A DNA stretch of 56,663 bases, from IMG/VR virus record IMGVR_UViG_3300008108_000092, positions 1 through 56,663 of that record; one strand, 5' to 3'. The position numbers and the translations under genes were made by a program. Source of the DNA: a virus (taxonomy: Duplodnaviria; Caudoviricetes). How positions within the stretch are numbered: position 1 is the first letter of the stretch; each line of letters opens with the position of its first letter. The notes below the pieces were generated by a model, which worked only from the letters and a program-made list of their open reading frames with translations, was not told the DNA's origin and ran no database searches. Positions 51,707 to 56,663 of the stretch are shown here, piece by piece.

Positions 51707-51799
51707 TCAAGCAAGCACCTCAACAGTATGTCCTCGTTCTTTTAATAAAACTGCTGAAACAATTCCGCTTAATCCACAGCCAATAATATTGACTTTCAT
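51707..51799 (-). pseudogene. Truncated FAD-binding oxidoreductase N-terminus (UDP-galactopyranose mutase-like)
   Basis: MKVNIIGCGLSGIVSAVLLKERGHTVEVLA*: a GxGxxG Rossmann motif that stops after 30 codons. Confidence 0.7.
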
Positions 51800-51810
51800 T
51801 TAATTTTGAA

Positions 51811-52104
51811 TTATATTCCAGGAATAGTACCAAAAAATTGAATAGTACCAAAAAATTGCGTTCTGTAATATAAATCGCCATTACCAGTTGCACTGAGTTC
51901 ATTAGAGTTATTGAGTCCTCTAAAAGTAAACTCTGTATTAGCTTTTACTAAAAATCCTACCGAAGGATTTTGATAATCAAAAAAGACATAATCTACTAAA
52001 GGTCTTACAATTACTTCTGAACAAAGCTGATCAGTAAGAATTGTTTTTGTATTATTACCATTTAAAAAGAAACTTTTACAAACATTACGATTTTGATATC
52101 CCAT
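51811..52104 (-). CDS. Small hypothetical beta-rich protein
   Basis: Start revised to ATG 52104 after TAAATA at 52110-52115. An 18-bp tandem duplication at 51823-51858 encodes QFFGTI twice. Confidence 0.7.
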   Translation of the reverse strand: MGYQNRNVCKSFFLNGNNTKTILTDQLCSEVIVRPLVDYVFFDYQNPSVGFLVKANTEFTFRGLNNSNELSATGNGDLYYRTQFFGTIQFFGTIPGI

Positions 52105-52157
52105 AGAATTATTTATCATTTCTTGTTGTCATCTTATTCATACATCCTAATTACATT

Positions 52158-52195
52158 GAGCAACACACAATTGCTTTAGAAAGGAACACACACTT
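52158..52195 (+). promoter_or_regulatory. Leader with a hairpin, two ACACAC motifs and an SD-like AAAGGA
   Basis: GAGCAA-CACACAA-TTGCTT, then AGAAAGGAACACACACTT-ATG. Confidence 0.5.
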
Positions 52196-52420
52196 ATGGC
52201 AAAAAATGCTTATGAAATTCGTTTAGATGTAATGCAAATGGCTCATGGAGATGAAATGAACAAATACATCGAAAAGTTAAATACTCATAGAACATATGAC
52301 AATGCGAACAATATGATTAATCCTTCAAAAGAAGTTATTGATCAATTATTCCCTAAAACGTCAGATATCATTAAAAGAGCAGAAGAGCTTTACGCTTTCG
52401 TTGAAGACACAGGTCTTTAA
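52196..52420 (+). CDS. Small phage protein (NAYEIRL type)
   Basis: MAKNAYEIRLDVMQMA...FPKTSDIIKRAEELYAFV. Has its own RBS and terminator. Confidence 0.85.
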   Translation: MAKNAYEIRLDVMQMAHGDEMNKYIEKLNTHRTYDNANNMINPSKEVIDQLFPKTSDIIKRAEELYAFVEDTGL

Positions 52421-52435
52421 TTAGGAGTCGAACCC

Positions 52436-52472
52436 AAACCCCTTTAGGCTACCAACCTAAAGGGGTTTTTTT
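52436..52472 (+). terminator. Rho-independent terminator
   Basis: AAACCCCTTTAGG-CTACCAA-CCTAAAGGGGTTT followed by a T-run. Confidence 0.9.
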
Positions 52473-52560
52473 GTTGAAAAAAATAAACAAAATGAGATAA
52501 ATAATTTTGTCCTAGTGCACAATTACGTGGCTAGCACAAAACAATCATAGATTATAAATT

Positions 52561-53040
52561 ATGACACAATTAACAGCATACGTTCCTGGACATTTTTCGT
52601 CCACAGAGAGGGTTTATCGCCAGTTGCCCGCTTTGTTTAATGATAACTGGCTTAACAACGTCTTCGGAGAAGTAGATAAAGCATTTGATGTTCCAAATGC
52701 AGTATATCCTTATAATGTACTCCAAATTCGAAACGATAAGCAAGAAGTAACGCAATATGAAGTTGAAGTTGCTCTAGCTGGTGTTGGTAAAGAAAACATT
52801 GATGTAAAAGTTAGAGACGGAAAACTCCATATTAATATTCTTAAAGAAAAAGAAGAGCCGACAGATACTGTTGCTTATTTAAAAAGAGGAATTAGTCAAA
52901 GAAAAGGAAGCATGACGTTTAATCTTGACGATAAAGTCAATTCTAAGAAAATTAGCTCCACTTACAAAGATGGTCTATTGAAAGTTGTAATTCCAGTAGT
53001 GAAACCTGAAACAATAGATATAGACATTAAAGTAGCTTAA
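52561..53040 (+). CDS. Small heat-shock protein (Hsp20)
   Basis: YPYNV...EVALAGVGKENIDV...YLKRGISQR...YKDGLLKVVIP. Confidence 0.95.
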   Translation: MTQLTAYVPGHFSSTERVYRQLPALFNDNWLNNVFGEVDKAFDVPNAVYPYNVLQIRNDKQEVTQYEVEVALAGVGKENIDVKVRDGKLHINILKEKEEPTDTVAYLKRGISQRKGSMTFNLDDKVNSKKISSTYKDGLLKVVIPVVKPETIDIDIKVA

Positions 53041-53061
53041 ACATATACAACAGCCTAAATT

Positions 53062-53092
53062 AAAAAGGCCTCTCGTTTGAGAGGCCTTTTTT
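53062..53092. terminator. Bidirectional rho-independent terminator
   Basis: AAAAAGGCCTCTC-GTTT-GAGAGGCCTTTTTT between convergent genes. Confidence 0.92.
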
Positions 53093-53742
53093 CATGCAAA
53101 AAAATTCAATATACACCCATTATACGCATTTACTCCAGATACAGCTAAATTTAAAGTTAAAGAATGGTTGGCACTAGTTGATTTTCCTACTGGTATTGCA
53201 CAAGTTAAGCCGCTAGTTAAAGTGAGAATTACATCAACATCGGAGTTTGAGCCATTATGAAATAATACTTGTCTTGAAATAAATGATGGGTTTCCTGATG
53301 TTCTTGTTTCACACTGAGTAAAAGCATAAGGAGCTGAAATTACATTGGGATTTGTAATATATACTTTTAAAGAACTTAAAGCTTCATAAACTGTTACTGG
53401 ATGTCCAGATAGATCTTTAATTGAAATGCTGTCGGTTTCAGCATTTAATTTTTGCGTTAAAACTTTTAAAGAATTTCCTTCGGTTATATTTTGTACAACC
53501 GTTGCAGCAATTGAGTGATTTGCACCATCCGTAATTTCAACTCCTCCAATGTTAACATTTGAAGCACTTAATGATATACTAATATCTTTTAAGTTTGTAA
53601 CATAATTTGCTCTAGCGTAAAGCGGTCTATTGCAATCGTTATCAATCGGAATCCATGAAAACGTCTCAGCAATTCCAGTATTATATGTGGAAGGTTGATT
53701 TGGAGTAGTACTTAAAACGGGAACTAATGTTGGCTGAGACAT
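53092..53742 (-). CDS. Hypothetical beta-rich protein, likely structural
   Basis: Start revised to ATG 53742 after TAAATA at 53748-53753. Confidence 0.7.
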   Translation of the reverse strand: MSQPTLVPVLSTTPNQPSTYNTGIAETFSWIPIDNDCNRPLYARANYVTNLKDISISLSASNVNIGGVEITDGANHSIAATVVQNITEGNSLKVLTQKLNAETDSISIKDLSGHPVTVYEALSSLKVYITNPNVISAPYAFTQCETRTSGNPSFISRQVLFHNGSNSDVDVILTLTSGLTCAIPVGKSTSANHSLTLNLAVSGVNAYNGCILNFFA

Positions 53743-53789
53743 AATAGTATTTAACATATAACAACTAAAGTAAATGATTAAATATCATT

Positions 53790-54380
53790 ATGCCGAAAAT
53801 TGAAATAAAGTTTAGTAATTTACAAAAAAAAGTTGGATCGCATGCTTCAAATAAGTTATCTGATTACTACAAGGGAAAAAATTTAATCTCCTCTAAAAAT
53901 CCTTCTGAATCTATTCCAACTTGCGGAAGAATTAGTTTAGGAAATTTTCAAACTTTTAAAAAAGATGAGAAGATATTCTCTGAAACAGAAGGATATTTTT
54001 GGAAGTGGGGAATTGGTATATGGGAATATAATATTTACTCGTTTGGTCATCCGTCTAATAATCATTGGTTTAATATAAATCAAATCTCTCGGAATTTTCT
54101 GTCGGATTTAATTGGATTTAATCCTCAAACTATCAGCATTCAAGCTACTGGAAGAGAAGTACAATTTAAAATTAAAACTCAGAAAGAAGGCCAAATTACG
54201 GATATAATAAATTTTAATTTGAAGGAAGGTCCTGGTGTAAATACCTTTACTGAAAACTCTCCGACATTTACTTTTGACTTAAATGAAAATGGAGATTTGT
54301 GGGTTTTTTCTAAATTAACCTGTCCTTCTACTAGTAATAAACCTGTTGGTGGGTGTTTAAAGTTAATAACTGCTTGTTAA
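53790..54380 (+). CDS. Putative fibre-tip/adhesin-type protein
   Basis: N-terminal LSDYYKG...IPTCGRISLGNF resembles the SDYY..PTSGxISLxxF modules of phage fibre proteins. Confidence 0.55.
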   Translation: MPKIEIKFSNLQKKVGSHASNKLSDYYKGKNLISSKNPSESIPTCGRISLGNFQTFKKDEKIFSETEGYFWKWGIGIWEYNIYSFGHPSNNHWFNINQISRNFLSDLIGFNPQTISIQATGREVQFKIKTQKEGQITDIINFNLKEGPGVNTFTENSPTFTFDLNENGDLWVFSKLTCPSTSNKPVGGCLKLITAC

Positions 54381-54425
54381 TTTATTTGCACAATCAACCA
54401 ACGGCAATTAAATAATAAAATATAA

Positions 54426-55991
54426 ATGGAGTTAGAGCTAAAAGATTTTAAGTGTAAAACGGTTAATGGTAAATACAGCTGGGATGCTGGAGTTCCAACT
54501 GGTACGTCTTTGCTTTCTGCAACTATTGACGATGAAACTTTACAGTATATTGGCTATGCTCCAACCACTATTGTATCTTTTAGTGCTTCAGTAATAAATC
54601 CAAATTCGAATTATTATGCCTTTAAAAGAGTTGTAGATTTTGGGGATTTTTATAATTCAGAAACTAATATTCAAAATTCTCTTTCTCAAAAAGACTCGTT
54701 CTTTTGTCATACATATATAATGCCTGGAACGTATACTTTAACTGTTACGCAGACACAATATGTTGTATTAACATCTGAAAAAGAAGAAAATACGTATAGA
54801 GAAGACGGAGTTGCAGAAAATGATATTTTGCCTCACGAATGGAAATGGCAAAGCTTTTTTTGCAGTGATCCTGAAAAAATTTCTTCGTTAAAATCTTATT
54901 ATGTTACTTGGGATGATTGTAAATTTCAATCTCCTCTTCAGAATACATGGAATGATTTAGCAAACAGTACAAACGGAGACTATGAAAATTGTCCGTGTAT
55001 ACCTACTCCAACTATCTGGAATTGGTTTACGTTTTTGTCTGCTAATTACACGGAAGATGTGGATTTTAATACGTTTAAATGGAAAAGTTATACTCTTTCT
55101 GGGTGTGCTCCTATTACCTGGAGACGTTTAATTCAATCATCAACCCAAGAATGCGAAATAAAAGTTCCACCATTATCAACTGAAGTTGTAATTCAACAAA
55201 AACAATTGTTTCTAAAAGTATTAGAAATTCCACCAACAGCTTATATTGAAGTAATTTCAATACAAGCTAATAAAGTGTCTCCTTATACTGTACAATTATC
55301 TCCAAGAAAAATACGGTGTGGAAGCTTTCCTATAGAAAGATTAGTCTGGGATTTTGGAGATGGCTCTCCATTACTAGAACAAGTAAGAGGAGAAGTAAAG
55401 CCAGAGTTTCCTTTTACATGGACAAATTCTTTTGATTATGATTCGGAAGATATACGTAATTATGATGTAATTCATACATATAATAGAACTACCGAAACTG
55501 GTAATTGCTTTTATCCGTCAGTGACGGCTTTTGCGTCTTCTACTGAAACTTTTGATTGTGCGTCAGTCGTAATAGGACCAATTGCTTTTGAACCTCATAA
55601 AAATGTTTCTCTGCTTCAAAATAAATTGCTCGAAAATGAACGGATTGTTTATACAGGACAAATTGATAATAGTGCGGTACTTTGGTTAACTGACGAAAAA
55701 AATTATACCGTTATAGTAGATCCTAGTCCGACGCCCACGCCGACACCTAGTGTAACTCCTACTCTTACACCAACTCCAACGGTAACACCGACTCAAACAC
55801 CAACTCCAACAGTAACGCCGACTCCTTCTATAACACCAACTCTTACTCCAACACCAACACCGACACAAACAAAAATTCCTGATTGCGATTTAGATTCTAA
55901 GGTACTCGAATGTGACTTAGAATCTAGAATCTTAGATTGTGATTTAGAATCCAAAATCTTAGATTGTGATTTAACAATGAAATTATTATAG
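54426..55991 (+). CDS. PKD-domain structural protein with a Pro/Thr linker and C-terminal Cys repeats
   Basis: [17 protein letters not shown] and WDFGDG..HTY, then (TP)n and (CDLxSKIL[DE])n. Confidence 0.8.
   Translation: MELELKDFKCKTVNGKYSWDAGVPTGTSLLSATIDDETLQYIGYAPTTIVSFSASVINPNSNYYAFKRVVDFGDFYNSETNIQNSLSQKDSFFCHTYIMPGTYTLTVTQTQYVVLTSEKEENTYREDGVAENDILPHEWKWQSFFCSDPEKISSLKSYYVTWDDCKFQSPLQNTWNDLANSTNGDYENCPCIPTPTIWNWFTFLSANYTEDVDFNTFKWKSYTLSGCAPITWRRLIQSSTQECEIKVPPLSTEVVIQQKQLFLKVLEIPPTAYIEVISIQANKVSPYTVQLSPRKIRCGSFPIERLVWDFGDGSPLLEQVRGEVKPEFPFTWTNSFDYDSEDIRNYDVIHTYNRTTETGNCFYPSVTAFASSTETFDCASVVIGPIAFEPHKNVSLLQNKLLENERIVYTGQIDNSAVLWLTDEKNYTVIVDPSPTPTPTPSVTPTLTPTPTVTPTQTPTPTVTPTPSITPTLTPTPTPTQTKIPDCDLDSKVLECDLESRILDCDLESKILDCDLTMKLL
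55881..55988 (+). repeat. 27-bp degenerate tandem repeat, 4 copies
   Basis: DCDLDSKVL / ECDLESRIL / DCDLESKIL / DCDLTMKLL. Confidence 0.9.
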
Positions 55992-56030
55992 GTTTCGTGT
56001 CTAATAAAAGTTTTTATAATAAATAACACT

Positions 56031-56663
56031 ATGGCTGACGTAATTGCTTTTAATTCTGTAAATTTTGCAGGTCTTTCTGCAGACTTAAGATATTATTCTT
56101 TAACTGGAGGAGGTTCGTTTGAAAACTTAGGAGTAGTTCAAATGCCTTTAGTATATACCACCTCTACACCTACTCCAACTGTTACTCCTACTAATACTCC
56201 TACTAATACTCCTACTAATACTGTAACTCCTACTCCTACAAAGACTGTTACACCTACTCCTACAGTTACACAGACTCCACCTAGCACTGTTACGCCTACT
56301 CCAACCGTAACTCCTACTAATACTGTAACGCCTACTCCTACAAAGACTCCAGCTAGTACTGTTACACCTACTCCAACTGTAACTCCTACTAATACCGTTA
56401 CGCCAACCGTAACTCCTACTAATACGGTAACACCAACAGTTACTCCAACTAATACAGTAACACCGACTCCTACAAAGACTGTTACACCCACTCCAACTAT
56501 AACACCAACTAATACGGTAACACCAACTGTTACACCAACAATAACGCCAACTAATACGGTAACTCCTACTCCTACAAAGACTGTGACACCTACTCCTACT
56601 GTGACTCCTTCTACTACTCCTCCTGCTGTGATTCCTGTAAGTTCTTATTGGATTGTTGCTGAT
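56031..56663 (+). CDS. Mucin-like Pro/Thr-rich protein, 3'-truncated by the window
   Basis: ATG 56031 after TAAATA at 56020. [18 protein letters not shown]..., then ~155 aa of TPTP/VTPTNT repeats, open to the window end. Confidence 0.85.
   Translation, partial: MADVIAFNSVNFAGLSADLRYYSLTGGGSFENLGVVQMPLVYTTSTPTPTVTPTNTPTNTPTNTVTPTPTKTVTPTPTVTQTPPSTVTPTPTVTPTNTVTPTPTKTPASTVTPTPTVTPTNTVTPTVTPTNTVTPTVTPTNTVTPTPTKTVTPTPTITPTNTVTPTVTPTITPTNTVTPTPTKTVTPTPTVTPSTTPPAVIPVSSYWIVAD

Noticed and set aside
51720-51902. 60-aa ORF from the ORF track
   Set aside because: It overlaps the 51811 gene in another frame. The Rossmann-motif frame at 51707-51799 explains the region better.
52512-52545. CIRCE operator upstream of hsp20
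   Set aside because: Only a partial half-site (CTAGCAC) is present, with no matching GAGTGCTAA arm at the 9-nt spacing.
1-56663. Stop-codon reassignment
   Set aside because: Conserved genes are intact in code 11, and TAA, TAG and TGA all end genes at sensible positions.

Overview
A 56.7-kb AT-rich segment of a large T4-like (myovirus-type) phage genome in the standard genetic code. I found no tRNA, rRNA, CRISPR array, integrase or transposase. It holds a tail/baseplate block: gp26-like protein, tape-measure-like protein, gp48/54-like, gp53-like, hub, gp25, gp6, a possible gp7-like beta-propeller protein, fibres and several Pro/Thr mucin-like proteins. It also encodes a small terminase-like protein, a clamp loader, a dCTP deaminase/dUTPase, a ribonucleotide reductase with class Id signatures, Hsp20, a ferritin-like protein, three glycosyltransferases and a sulfotransferase-like gene. 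About two dozen genes sit just downstream of a TAAATA/TAAGTA late-promoter-like motif and lack Shine-Dalgarno sites. Most notable: (1) a portable peptide tag, LxxKLPELxGIF, ends two unrelated convergent genes and also occurs twice inside one of them; (2) an unnamed ~90-aa domain is shared by four structural proteins, once circularly permuted; (3) an Ig domain is split by a copy of a domain from the neighbouring gene; (4) a glycosyltransferase cassette is bracketed by a duplicated nrdA 3' end, next to a truncated FAD-enzyme gene; (5) a possible virion glycosylation/sulfation system. All calls come from reading motifs by eye, with no database searches.
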